A stretch of DNA of 64,000 nucleotides, from UHGV virus genome UHGV-0028991. The stretch is one strand, 5' to 3'. The DNA comes from a virus. Of this stretch, positions 10,463 to 20,060 are shown piece by piece (position 1 is the stretch's first letter; each line of letters begins with the position of its first letter). Both the position numbers and the translations under genes were made by a program. The notes below the pieces were generated by a model. It was not told the origin of the DNA and made no database searches. It saw nothing but the letters and a program-made list of their open reading frames with translations.

Positions 10463-13400
10463 CTATTTGTCAAGCACTTTCCAACATTTTATTTCGATGT
10501 TTTTTTCACCTGTCTTTATCCACTTGCCATCAGAATTTTTCGTCCATTTAGGCACATTGTCAAGCACGGCTTTGATTATATCTCCTGATTTGCATTGATG
10601 CCCAGCCCACCATTTTTTATTGCACTTGTATTGACGCTCAACCCCGTGTTGTAGGTTGTATAGCCTTAACCATGCAGTACCGTAATTAGTGGTTTTACTG
10701 TCAAGCACAAGCCAGTCATTTATGTCTCGCTTTGAATCACAACCGTCAACATATCCTAAAAATTCTGCCTGCCATCTCAGCATGTCCACAATGGTCGTCT
10801 TAGGCATACTTTCTTGCTTAAGAATCGCAAGAATCAAAGCATAGTTGTCAATGCCACTTGCCGTCTTATCGGTCATTTTTTCGGCATGTTGCCTTAATAC
10901 ATCTACATTATAGCACATCTCAATCCATTTGTCAAGCTTTATTGTCTTAGATTTATAAAAAAGATTGAAAACGCGCGCGCCCTCAAGCAATGCCCTTGCT
11001 TTACCGAACTCTGAGAAATAGCCGATTTTAATCAATATATCGAGTTGTCGACTATCAGGCTTGACTGGCAAGTATTGCATACAAAACAGAAAATCAATGA
11101 AATTTTTGAATTGCTTATCTCGCAGAAGATACAGACTTTCTGCAACATCTGATGACATATATTTGATTGAGCCCAGTCCTTTATATATACAATTGCTATT
11201 AACATCACAGAGATAGTCAGACCGCGAATGCCTAAACTTAGGGGGGTTGATTGTTATGCCTACTTTATGTGCGTATGCCGTTAATGCATCCGTCTTTTCG
11301 CCGTTGCTTTGATTGATGTTTAGGGCAACCGTTAAGAATTGAAGCGGGTAGTGGTATCGCAACCATCCAGACACATAGCCTTCATAGCTGTATGGTTGGC
11401 TATGGTTTAGGCTAAACAGGTAATTACTGGCATCGATAACAACTTGAATAAAATCAGCAATAACCGCATCCGATTCCTCTTGACTCATATTATATCGCTC
11501 AGACATAGTTTTAGCAAACCCAGCTTTGATTTGAGGTATATCCTTATCTGTGCCTATTTTTTTTGCAAAGTGACGACGTACAACATCTGCCTCGCCCATA
11601 GTATATCCGCAATATTCATGCAAGAATTGAATTATTTGACACTGAAATACTAAGTACCCAAATGTCGGTTTCATGAATTCATCAATCGCCGCATTGCCAG
11701 ATTTGCGAATGACGCCATTGGCAAGGTCATCACGATACGATGCTCCTGCAGGCCGAATAGCACCATTGCCAATGGATAACAATGTCATATAATCAATATC
11801 GGGGTTGAGCGCCTTGAATTTTTGTATATTACTATCCGACAGCAACTGCTTGATATACCTGTCGCCAGTCGCGCCCTCCCACTGAAAAATACAAGTAGTA
11901 TCATCTCGGATGCTATTCCACACAGCGCCGTCATTGATATCAATATTATCTGGGGTCAAACGTTCAATACCTGCCAACTTGCATGTCTCGTTGATAAGTT
12001 CTATCGTATCAAGTTTCAGCAGGTCGAGTTTGACGTAGTTCTGAAGGTCGACCTCTTTCATATTGATTTGACTGATAGGCACATCATCCGTTGATGTCGT
12101 AAACAGTCCCATGCGGTCATCGATAGACACTGGCGAACAAACCAATCCGCAAGGATGGTTGCCCACAGACACCACGCAGCCATTTACGATGTCTACATAT
12201 TTGAACAGTTCAGGATATTTAGAGCGGCACCCATCCTCATCTTGCTCTACCACGTTGCAGATAGCATCGACTTCATCAAGCGGCATACCCAATGCACGAC
12301 CAACATCTCGCACAGCGCCCTTAATCGCTATAGTATTAAATGTCACAATATCAGAGCAATATAGTCCATGTTTGTTGAATATGTACTGCTTGACCTCGTT
12401 GATTCGACTCGGCGGGAAATCCGTATCGATATCGCTCAATGACACACGCTCCGTATTCATAAATCGTTCAAAATTCAGCCCATGCTTGATGCTATTCATC
12501 TCTGTGATGCCGAGTAGATAGGCAATGATAGAGCCATTACATGAGCCACGCCCATAGCCGACAAAAATACCTTGCGTCTTGCACCAAGTAATAATATCCT
12601 CCATTAACAGCATGAAGTCAATGGCTCCATTGTGGATGTATGCTTTCATTTCATACTCAATACGGTCAAGATATTCCTGATAGTTTGGCAGCTTATCAAC
12701 ACCACGCCATTTAATACCGCCAGCAATCTTATCTCTAAGCACCCGTTCACTATCGTCTCCCCACAGATGAGGATACTTGTAGCTATAATCAAGCTCAAAA
12801 GGCTCAATCATATCGGCAACTATATTGGTCATTTCAATGGAATTGAGATACACGTCCATTGGTAAAGCGTCCTGTTGCTTACACAAATCGACCAGTTCGT
12901 TATAGCTCAGCATTTCAAGATGGAATTTGTCCTCGCCGTCAAAATGAATATTTTTGGCTTTTTGCAAAATACTACGACCTTCAACATGTTTAGCGTTCAG
13001 AGCGTGTGTGTCAGTGCACATAAGCAATCGCAAACCAGTTTGCTGAGACAACTTATATAGCAGCTGGTTATATCTTACTTGCTCTTGGTCAAGATGGGGC
13101 TGAATCTCAAGAAAGCATCGGTCTTTATGCCGGGTTAGCCATTTGAGAAAGTCAAGCCGAATATCGTCAGGCGCCTTGTTGAGTACGCCTCCGAGGCAGG
13201 CGGTAGACACAATAATGTTATCGCTTGTGTTTTTTACATCGTCAATTGTAATGCGTGGCACATAATAGAATGAATTGTCATCTCGATTAAAGGATTTGCT
13301 CGACAGCTTGTTCAACTCAAGCACGCCTGCATAATTTTTGGCAATAAGCAAGCAGTGGTAATTATCGCGGATTTTTTCATTGAGCGTGCTGGTCAAATAG

Positions 13401-13636
13401 AACTCTTCTGCCGCTATAAATTTTATGCCGGACTCTTCCATGCAAAGCTTTTTTTTGACCCACTGAAAAACGCTTCCGTGTTCGCTAAATGCCAGCGCCT
13501 TCATACCCCATTTTTTTGCTTGTTTGACATATTCATCATACGATGTCACAGAATCGATGTTGGTTACGCCGTTTGAAAGCATTGTGTGGCAATGTAATAT
13601 CGTATAATTAGACATAAGAAAGACCTCTGTCCGCAA
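10463..13636 (-). CDS. dnaE: DNA polymerase III alpha-subunit-like (DnaE family) replicative polymerase with N-terminal PHP domain
   Basis: 1057 aa. N-terminal ILHCHTMLSNG...AFSEHGSVFQW is a PHP-domain signature. Length and architecture fit the PolIIIalpha family. Confidence 0.65.
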   Translation of the reverse strand: MRTEVFLMSNYTILHCHTMLSNGVTNIDSVTSYDEYVKQAKKWGMKALAFSEHGSVFQWVKKKLCMEESGIKFIAAEEFYLTSTLNEKIRDNYHCLLIAKNYAGVLELNKLSSKSFNRDDNSFYYVPRITIDDVKNTSDNIIVSTACLGGVLNKAPDDIRLDFLKWLTRHKDRCFLEIQPHLDQEQVRYNQLLYKLSQQTGLRLLMCTDTHALNAKHVEGRSILQKAKNIHFDGEDKFHLEMLSYNELVDLCKQQDALPMDVYLNSIEMTNIVADMIEPFELDYSYKYPHLWGDDSERVLRDKIAGGIKWRGVDKLPNYQEYLDRIEYEMKAYIHNGAIDFMLLMEDIITWCKTQGIFVGYGRGSCNGSIIAYLLGITEMNSIKHGLNFERFMNTERVSLSDIDTDFPPSRINEVKQYIFNKHGLYCSDIVTFNTIAIKGAVRDVGRALGMPLDEVDAICNVVEQDEDGCRSKYPELFKYVDIVNGCVVSVGNHPCGLVCSPVSIDDRMGLFTTSTDDVPISQINMKEVDLQNYVKLDLLKLDTIELINETCKLAGIERLTPDNIDINDGAVWNSIRDDTTCIFQWEGATGDRYIKQLLSDSNIQKFKALNPDIDYMTLLSIGNGAIRPAGASYRDDLANGVIRKSGNAAIDEFMKPTFGYLVFQCQIIQFLHEYCGYTMGEADVVRRHFAKKIGTDKDIPQIKAGFAKTMSERYNMSQEESDAVIADFIQVVIDASNYLFSLNHSQPYSYEGYVSGWLRYHYPLQFLTVALNINQSNGEKTDALTAYAHKVGITINPPKFRHSRSDYLCDVNSNCIYKGLGSIKYMSSDVAESLYLLRDKQFKNFIDFLFCMQYLPVKPDSRQLDILIKIGYFSEFGKARALLEGARVFNLFYKSKTIKLDKWIEMCYNVDVLRQHAEKMTDKTASGIDNYALILAILKQESMPKTTIVDMLRWQAEFLGYVDGCDSKRDINDWLVLDSKTTNYGTAWLRLYNLQHGVERQYKCNKKWWAGHQCKSGDIIKAVLDNVPKWTKNSDGKWIKTGEKNIEIKCWKVLDK

Positions 13637-14264
13637 AGTCCTCGCGCATCGGTCTATCGCCTCTAAGCCACGACATCATGGCGCAAGCCTTTACCCCGTA
13701 TTCATATGCGCAGTCAGTTATGCAATCAAAAACAACACCATCACACACAACTTTCTTTGAGCGCGATATTCTCCCACCCTTGCCCTTTAATTTTTTTGAT
13801 ATTTTTTTTCTTGTTTCCTCTGAATGCGTTTTGCCATACATCGGGTTATTCTTCCCAGCCACATTACGAGCGGCAGAGTTCCTTTGTCTTGACATTTTGC
13901 TCGAACTATTTTCTGCAACGGTGCCCCATTTCAAATTGTTTGCACAATTATTGCACTCTTTATCATATTTGAGATTCTTTTCATCCTTATGCATTACGAC
14001 GAAATTCCCATCTGCATGGGGCAAGAACGCTCTCGCCACAAGAACATGAACCCTATATGTTTTTTCCGTTCCACCCTTACTCAAAGCGACCTGCCAATAC
14101 CTTCCTGCAGCGTCGGCATGAGGTGTTAGATATTTCCCCTTAAATCGCACTGCGACCCCGTTGCGCCTTAAAACCGTTCTGTCCAAACTTCGGACTCGCC
14201 CCATATTGCTTACTTGATATAACCCATCATAGCCATGGATATCTTTCCACTCTTCGTTGAGCAT
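13608..14264 (-). CDS. HNH homing endonuclease with NUMOD4/NUMOD3 motifs
   Basis: 218 aa. N-terminal EEWKDIHGYDGLYQVSNMGRVRSL (NUMOD4). NPMYGKTHSEETRKKISKKLKGK (NUMOD3). Overlaps the 3' end of dnaE by 29 nt. Confidence 0.6.
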   Translation of the reverse strand: MLNEEWKDIHGYDGLYQVSNMGRVRSLDRTVLRRNGVAVRFKGKYLTPHADAAGRYWQVALSKGGTEKTYRVHVLVARAFLPHADGNFVVMHKDEKNLKYDKECNNCANNLKWGTVAENSSSKMSRQRNSAARNVAGKNNPMYGKTHSEETRKKISKKLKGKGGRISRSKKVVCDGVVFDCITDCAYEYGVKACAMMSWLRGDRPMREDFADRGLSYV

Positions 14265-14291
14265 AGCATCACCTCCTTTTTATTGTGATAA

Positions 14292-15287
14292 TCAGTTGCT
14301 ATTCTGTTTTTCTAATTCCTTCTGTTTATATGCCGCCCTATATTCATCACGCTTAGCCTCATCACCATCATTCCACCATTTCACATTGATGAAATCAAGG
14401 ACTTTGGCCATACCAAGCCCCTTATCAGGAACCCACTTACCAGATTTATCGTATTTGCCACCACGCATACAATAATCATAGAGTTGTGGGTGAGATACGG
14501 CTAATTGCTGAAATCTATTTGGTTCTTTCTCAAGATGGCATCCATAACCACAAAACACGCAGCCAGTACGTTTGCACTTTGTTGTTGTATATTTGCCATA
14601 CTCATCCAATACAATTTCTCCGTAAACCTCTTTACAATATGGCACATTAAATTTAAGCAGATATTCAAGAACATCCGATTTAGTCCAAAACGACAACGGC
14701 TTAGACACCTTTTTCTTGCCATCAAAGCTATTGCATCCATGTTTAAGCCAATCGGACATGCGAAACATCGATTCTTCCGTCATTGTTCCGACATATAAAT
14801 ATCTGCCTGTTTCGCGCGTGTATCTATCCGTTGGCATCTTTTTCATAATGCTACAACAGTGGTCGCCAATGCGGATATCACATGACGGTTCAAGAAATAT
14901 CTTCCATTTTTCTCTTATCTTGAATCTTCCGCCATTTCCTTCAATTCGCACCTTCTTTAGTTTGTCGCTTTTGGAATTATACATGTCCCAAATAAACCGC
15001 GATTGTTCTTTGCTAATTAACGGGTAGCCATATTGCTTAATTATATCTACAAACGACATTCGTTCGTAGCATCGAGTTTTACGGTTATATGTTTGCGGAT
15101 GTAATATTTCGAGGCGCGCTCTTTTCAGAACAAAATCTCTTAATTCTGGATATTCAAGACCTGTATCACAATACACGTCTGGCACATCAGGATATACTCT
15201 ATGCACTAAATCACTCAGCACGGTTGAGTCAACGCCGCCAGAATTGCTTATTGCAACAGCCCCCCCCCCAACCTTCATGCCATTCAA
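14292..15287 (-). CDS. PP-loop ATPase of the PAPS-reductase / DndC / TtuA-like family, with C-terminal Cys cluster
   Basis: 331 aa. GGGAVAISNSGGVDSTVLSDLV is a PP-loop SGGxDS motif. C-terminal CKRTGCVFCGYGC is a likely Fe-S or zinc site. A G10 tract sits in codons 6 to 9. Confidence 0.55.
   Translation of the reverse strand: MNGMKVGGGAVAISNSGGVDSTVLSDLVHRVYPDVPDVYCDTGLEYPELRDFVLKRARLEILHPQTYNRKTRCYERMSFVDIIKQYGYPLISKEQSRFIWDMYNSKSDKLKKVRIEGNGGRFKIREKWKIFLEPSCDIRIGDHCCSIMKKMPTDRYTRETGRYLYVGTMTEESMFRMSDWLKHGCNSFDGKKKVSKPLSFWTKSDVLEYLLKFNVPYCKEVYGEIVLDEYGKYTTTKCKRTGCVFCGYGCHLEKEPNRFQQLAVSHPQLYDYCMRGGKYDKSGKWVPDKGLGMAKVLDFINVKWWNDGDEAKRDEYRAAYKQKELEKQNSN
15260..15269. repeat. homopolymeric C10/G10 tract within the 5' coding region of the PP-loop ATPase gene
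   Basis: Ten consecutive C on the plus strand, read as gtt ggg ggg ggg gct (VGGGA) on the minus strand, six nt after the ATG at 15276..15278. Confidence 0.9.
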
Positions 15288-15382
15288 TTATACGAGCGGT
15301 GCTTATTTGAATCTTTTCTTCAAGCGTCTTGGCTTGTAATACCCGCAAATCCTCTGTTGTATGACTCATTATTCGTCACCTC

Positions 15383-16018
15383 TCATTTCTTCGGTCTCGC
15401 AGGCATCAACACACCATCACCATTTTCAGCCTCAAAATAAATAGCAGAAACACCATTTCTTGCATAAGCGGTTGCATTAGGCAAACAACCCATAATATTT
15501 GCAAGATAAGCAGGGTTTACATATACATCCAATTCTTCGTCAAGACAGTACAGCTCGTCTTTATTGCAAGTCTTGCAGAATACCTTAATATCAGCAAGGT
15601 CAGGCAGAACGATTTGCTGCGCACCATCGGGCTTCTTAACAATGTGTTTGAGATGAAAAGGCTCGCCTGCTCCATCGGAAATGCGCTCAAGCGGCAATTC
15701 CTTTTTGAATCGAACGGCAGTACATCCATCACATACACAATATACGGTCTCGCCGTATTCATTTTCGTCCTCATACATGCCGTGGATATTGGGCTTGTCT
15801 GGATAGCATTTTTTTGCATTCTTGATGATTGCATTGGCGGCATTATACACGCTCTTTACCCCGCCTTGCTTAGCTGCTACATCCCGCATTTCTTTTTCAA
15901 GAGCTTCTTTCAAAAGGGCGAATTCGGTTGCAACACCTGAACTTAACATTCCGCCACAATCCTTTTTCCATTGTTCTTCCCACTTAGAAATAATCGGATA
16001 AAGCTTTTCTGCTTTCAT
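15383..16018 (-). CDS. hypothetical protein lying between the PP-loop ATPase and cysteine desulfurase genes
   Basis: 211 aa ORF; no recognisable motif. Confidence 0.4.
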   Translation of the reverse strand: MKAEKLYPIISKWEEQWKKDCGGMLSSGVATEFALLKEALEKEMRDVAAKQGGVKSVYNAANAIIKNAKKCYPDKPNIHGMYEDENEYGETVYCVCDGCTAVRFKKELPLERISDGAGEPFHLKHIVKKPDGAQQIVLPDLADIKVFCKTCNKDELYCLDEELDVYVNPAYLANIMGCLPNATAYARNGVSAIYFEAENGDGVLMPARPKK

Positions 16019-16215
16019 GCCTTCACCTCATAATTATACATAAATTTCTGCATATTTATACATTCTCGCTGAACTTCCACGGCTTGTGCGGCGTATTTGT
16101 AACTGTACTTGTTTGCCTTTTTCTCGGATTGTTCGACTTGATAACTGATAAGCAGTATAACCACAATCAGAATCATTAGGATTGCCGCCCACAAATGGTC
16201 TTTCCAATCTCGCAT
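16015..16215 (-). CDS. small hypothetical membrane protein
   Basis: 66 aa with one predicted TM segment (AAILMILIVVILLISY). ATGA-type overlap with the downstream gene. Confidence 0.25.
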   Translation of the reverse strand: MRDWKDHLWAAILMILIVVILLISYQVEQSEKKANKYSYKYAAQAVEVQRECINMQKFMYNYEVKA

Positions 16216-16270
16216 TATTCATGCCTCCTTTGATTTGTTGATTGTATTATACTGCAAATAAATTGATTTG

Positions 16271-17341
16271 TCAATAGGTTTTACAAAAATTTTTGTAAAA
16301 ATCTGAAATTCCTGATACCAGTGCGTCAATATCGGACTTTTTTGTATATCGGCTAAATGAAATTCTGATAGTTTCTTCGGCGGTTTCTTTTGAGTAACCA
16401 TAGCCGTCACACAAAACGCGGTAGTCATGTTTGGCAGAGCATGCCGACGCTCCTGAACCGACATAGACATTTTTTGTAGAGAGATATTGCTGCAATGCGT
16501 CCGCGTTAATGCCAGAAAGATAAACAGCATTGATTGCGTCTGTCTTATTTTCTCCATGTCCGCCAAGTACAAACGCACAATCGTCTGTCACTTTAATAAC
16601 CTCTTTGAGGAAATAATCGACAAATCCCTTATAGGTCGCTTCACGATTGCCCGCAATATCCTGCGCCCATTCAAAGGCAGACACCATGGCAGAAATTGAT
16701 GCAACATCAGGAGTGCCGTGAAGAATGCCATAGTTGTTATTCGGGTCGTCTGACAATTCAAACCTCTTGCACAACTCATCACATAACCACAGCACGCCAA
16801 TATGTGGTCCATGGAACTTATGCCCACTGAACCAACAAGCGTCATATTTAAGTTTCTTCTGCGAACAGTCAACTTTACCAATTGCGGCAGTTAAATCACA
16901 ACCGTTAAAATCATATTCGTCCAGACATGAATCATCTGTTCTTTTTGGCAGGAACCAAGGGTTCTCAAACACATCGCCAGTCATTTGATTAACGCGCTGC
17001 CAAAATCTCAATGACACAAGCCTCAACGGCGATTTCTGAGCGACATCCCATACGCTGTCATGCTCTTTTGCATCGGTGCAAATCAAACCATCCCACAGCC
17101 GTCCGAGCATCTCAACGCTCTCTGTTGCGCATCTTGTAAAGATAAATTTGCCCTTGCCACCTGTGTCAAGCAATTCATGTAGCCGTAAACGGCATTTTTT
17201 TAGCGTCTGACGCTCGTTTATAGCATAGGGTGTATTGGCATTGCCCCACAGGTTGTCGCCCCGTACAGCGAAAAATTTTGGCATTGTCGTTGCGGCGTTA
17301 TCGAGATAAACAATGTTATCTTTCATTTTTCTCTCCTTCAA
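16271..17341 (-). CDS. cysteine desulfurase (class V aminotransferase, NifS/IscS-like)
   Basis: 356 aa. N-terminal IVYLDNAATT; FIFTRCATES; SGHKFHGPHIGVLW, where the SGHK lysine is the PLP-binding residue. Confidence 0.6.
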   Translation of the reverse strand: MKERKMKDNIVYLDNAATTMPKFFAVRGDNLWGNANTPYAINERQTLKKCRLRLHELLDTGGKGKFIFTRCATESVEMLGRLWDGLICTDAKEHDSVWDVAQKSPLRLVSLRFWQRVNQMTGDVFENPWFLPKRTDDSCLDEYDFNGCDLTAAIGKVDCSQKKLKYDACWFSGHKFHGPHIGVLWLCDELCKRFELSDDPNNNYGILHGTPDVASISAMVSAFEWAQDIAGNREATYKGFVDYFLKEVIKVTDDCAFVLGGHGENKTDAINAVYLSGINADALQQYLSTKNVYVGSGASACSAKHDYRVLCDGYGYSKETAEETIRISFSRYTKKSDIDALVSGISDFYKNFCKTY

Positions 17342-17423
17342 TTATCGTCCTCGTATAAAATCGACATAAACAAAAGCCCGAGAATAAAACCAATGACAAT
17401 TGCAGATATAGCATAAAGCGGTG

Positions 17424-17795
17424 TCAAGACAGTCCGACCTCCATAGTATCATTCTCATCCATCGATTCAACCATAAGCAAGATTAAATCGACTTGATGAA
17501 TGGCAACCATAACATCCTCAATTTGCTCTTCTACGAGCAGAATGCGGTCTGTGATAGTCCGCCTATCATCAACTGCGGTCAGTCCGCCCAATACAATATA
17601 TTCCTTGGTTTTCTGTTTTTGCAATTCTTCATTCTGTTGCCACATCAATTCTTTCACGCTACAAACATATTCAAGGTCGAGCTCGGTAAAAGAATCGGGC
17701 ATAGCATATGCCATAAGAAACTTTGCAAGTATGGACTCAGAGTATAATGAAAGCACCGTCATGCCGTTCTTCCGAACAATTACTTCGCCATTCAT
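17424..17795 (-). CDS. hypothetical protein
   Basis: 123 aa ORF. Confidence 0.35.
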   Translation of the reverse strand: MNGEVIVRKNGMTVLSLYSESILAKFLMAYAMPDSFTELDLEYVCSVKELMWQQNEELQKQKTKEYIVLGGLTAVDDRRTITDRILLVEEQIEDVMVAIHQVDLILLMVESMDENDTMEVGLS

Positions 17796-17928
17796 TTCTG
17801 CTCACCCGCCTTATCAAGTTCGTCTACCTTGCATACAAAGCACTTGCCAGAACAAGCAACTCCGCCTGCAACACGCAATTCTGCGCCGACCTGTTCAAAT
17901 TGCTTGCCACAATTGACACATGTGGACA
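17794..17928 (-). CDS. small zinc-ribbon protein (44 aa)
   Basis: MSTCVNCGKQFEQVGAELRVAGGVACSGKCFVCK... Stop overlaps the next ATG. Below the length cutoff of the supplied track. Confidence 0.3.
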
Positions 17929-17952
17929 TATCCGCCGCGACTTTCTTCTTTC

Positions 17953-18186
17953 TCACTTCGTGCTCCGGGCAATCTTTGCATCAGGATTTTGCTCATTATA
18001 TGCCCGAATCAAAGCGGCAACAATATGGCTTTGCCGCTCAGTCTCGACCTTCAATCTCTCATACTTGGCAATTTCATTATACACTTTATTCAGCTTTACC
18101 ATTTCCTGCGTTCCTCCATGCAAAATTGTTCTTATAGTTCGTCCGCTTTTCAGTTGAATATTTATCACAGTTGTCCTTGCCCACAC
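17953..18186 (-). CDS. hypothetical protein
   Basis: 77 aa ORF; partly overlaps 18086..18334 in another frame. Confidence 0.25.
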   Translation of the reverse strand: MWARTTVINIQLKSGRTIRTILHGGTQEMVKLNKVYNEIAKYERLKVETERQSHIVAALIRAYNEQNPDAKIARSTK

Positions 18187-18334
18187 CGCTTGACCGCTTC
18201 ATGCCAGTTCGATACATGAATGCGCAGTATTCAAATTCGCCACCCGAATTTAATCGCTCAAGATATTTGCACCCCTTGCAATTTACGGTCAACGGGTTCG
18301 GCTTAAACAACTCAATATGCACTCGTCTGTCCAT
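18086..18334 (-). CDS. hypothetical protein
   Basis: 82 aa ORF. Confidence 0.25.
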   Translation of the reverse strand: MDRRVHIELFKPNPLTVNCKGCKYLERLNSGGEFEYCAFMYRTGMKRSSGVGKDNCDKYSTEKRTNYKNNFAWRNAGNGKAE

Positions 18335-18339
18335 ACGAA

Positions 18340-18585
18340 TTAAAACTCATACAGGAAAGAGTACAGAAGAGAATGAGCGCGCGGGTCGGTCGGATATTTT
18401 TCTCTGAACTCGCTCATGAGCCGCAGATATTTGTCCCGGCATTTCTTGATCTCTTCCCACTTATCGTTGCGCGTCTGCTCTCTTGCCGCTCTATCCGCTT
18501 GCTCTTTGTCATATGCTCGTTCGGCTTCAAACAGCTTTGTTTCATCATCGAATAGCTTGCACAGTTTGTCGCTATAATATCTCAT
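18340..18585 (-). CDS. hypothetical protein
   Basis: 81 aa ORF, charged and helical. Confidence 0.3.
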   Translation of the reverse strand: MRYYSDKLCKLFDDETKLFEAERAYDKEQADRAAREQTRNDKWEEIKKCRDKYLRLMSEFREKYPTDPRAHSLLYSFLYEF

Positions 18586-18851
18586 AACATGTCCTCCTCA
18601 AAATTAAATCTATCACAGCTTGGACAGAACGCCCCAATATGTGATTCAAATGGAGCGCCGTCCAATTCATAGTGATATTCTTTGTGCTCTTGGTATTCAA
18701 GCTCTTGCCCGCACTTTTGACATCGGTCATTATCCGATAGCCACCTGTGGCAATCTGCATCAATTTCGTCCTTTGATTCCGACAAAATCTCGATCAGCAA
18801 TGCCGCAATTTCATCATACGGTAAATCAAGCTCGTTGATTACGTCCCACAT
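18582..18851 (-). CDS. hypothetical zinc-ribbon protein
   Basis: 89 aa with CQKCGQ...CPSCD. Confidence 0.3.
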   Translation of the reverse strand: MWDVINELDLPYDEIAALLIEILSESKDEIDADCHRWLSDNDRCQKCGQELEYQEHKEYHYELDGAPFESHIGAFCPSCDRFNFEEDML

Positions 18852-18867
18852 ATTGCCTCCTATATCA

Positions 18868-19704
18868 TTAGAATGTCATTGCCGAAACGGCTGCGTTGAC
18901 CGCTTTCTCGTTGGTCTTGATATATCTGCTCGTAGTAGAAATAGACGAATGATGCAGTACATCACGAATAACCGCAACAGGTACACCGTTCTCGGACATA
19001 ATGGATGCACACGCCGCTCTCAGCGAATGCGCAGAAATCTCAAATGGCAACCCCGCTTTTCGCCCAACAACCTTCAGCGTCTTGTCGAAATTGGCGTTAT
19101 TGATTTTGCCGCCCCATGTGGAAGTAAACAAATATTCACCGCCGTCTTTTCTCTTCGGCAGATATTGTTCAATTGCCACAATATTTGCATCGCTGAAGAA
19201 CGCAAAGAATTCCTTGCCGCCCTTACCTGTCATAGCAATCTTGTTCGCACCGTCTTTGCGCATTTGTTCGTATTGCTTAAGAGTGATGCTTGTGAGCTCG
19301 TTGAATCGAAGCCCAGTAGTTGCATAGCAGGAAATCAGCGCCTTATCGCGGGCATTTGTCGCGGCTTTAATAAGCGCAGACACCATATCTGCACTCATAA
19401 ATTCCTTCGGCTTAGAATGAATGCTCGGGCGCTTAACATTCGCCATTGGATTCTTTTCAATCGTCCCGCATTCGCACAGAAACTTGAAATAAGAATTGAG
19501 CGCGTTAAGCTTAATATTGATTGTCGCAGAAGAAGCATCGGACATGCTTTCCATCCATGCGAGAATATCATATTTCTCAACGCGCTCTGCGTCCTTATTT
19601 GCAAAAGCAAAGAAATTTGCAATTGCCTCGGCATATCTTGCGATTGTGTTTGCGGCTTTCTTTTCTGCTCTCAGGCTGATAAGATACTCATTAAACTTCG
19701 TCAT
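18868..19704 (-). CDS. int: tyrosine recombinase / phage integrase
   Basis: 278 aa. C-terminal HSLRAACASIMSENGVPVAVIRDVLHHSSISTTSRYIKT carries the R, H-x-x-R and Y catalytic signature. Confidence 0.7.
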   Translation of the reverse strand: MTKFNEYLISLRAEKKAANTIARYAEAIANFFAFANKDAERVEKYDILAWMESMSDASSATINIKLNALNSYFKFLCECGTIEKNPMANVKRPSIHSKPKEFMSADMVSALIKAATNARDKALISCYATTGLRFNELTSITLKQYEQMRKDGANKIAMTGKGGKEFFAFFSDANIVAIEQYLPKRKDGGEYLFTSTWGGKINNANFDKTLKVVGRKAGLPFEISAHSLRAACASIMSENGVPVAVIRDVLHHSSISTTSRYIKTNEKAVNAAVSAMTF

Positions 19705-19778
19705 TTTATTTGTCCTCCGTCATTTGTTAAGTACATTATACAGCACGTCGAGCGGTTTGTCAATAGCTTTTTGAAAAT

Positions 19779-20060
19779 TTATTTCAACTTTTTTGCAGCA
19801 TCTTTGATATTCTTAGAAAGATTGAATACAATCTTCACACGAGCTGGGGCTACAAGCTGTTCGCCAGTCCGAGGATTCCTTGATTTTCGCGGCTCCATGT
19901 TGCGATATTCTGTCTGCCCCAAGCCATAAATATTCACGCCTTCGCCCGTCTCACAGGCCGTAATCATCAGCCCGAGCACCGTATCAACTGCGGTCTGCGC
20001 TTCATTCCATGTGCAGCTTGTTTCTTCTCTATATCTTTTTGTCAGTTCTTTTCTGTCCAT
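19779..20060 (-). CDS. HU/IHF-family DNA-binding protein
   Basis: 93 aa. GEGVNIYGLGQTEYRNMEPRKSRNPRTGEQLVAPARVKIVFNLSK matches the HU beta-arm region. Confidence 0.65.
   Translation of the reverse strand: MDRKELTKRYREETSCTWNEAQTAVDTVLGLMITACETGEGVNIYGLGQTEYRNMEPRKSRNPRTGEQLVAPARVKIVFNLSKNIKDAAKKLK

Noticed and set aside
11444-13576. Several 60 to 136 aa plus-strand ORFs inside the dnaE region
   Set aside because: They are antisense shadow ORFs within a long minus-strand gene that has continuous PolIIIalpha motifs. They have no ribosome-binding sites.
18835-19929. 364 aa plus-strand ORF overlapping the integrase
   Set aside because: The catalytic R/H/R/Y integrase motifs are on the minus strand. 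The plus-strand frame is a low-complexity shadow.
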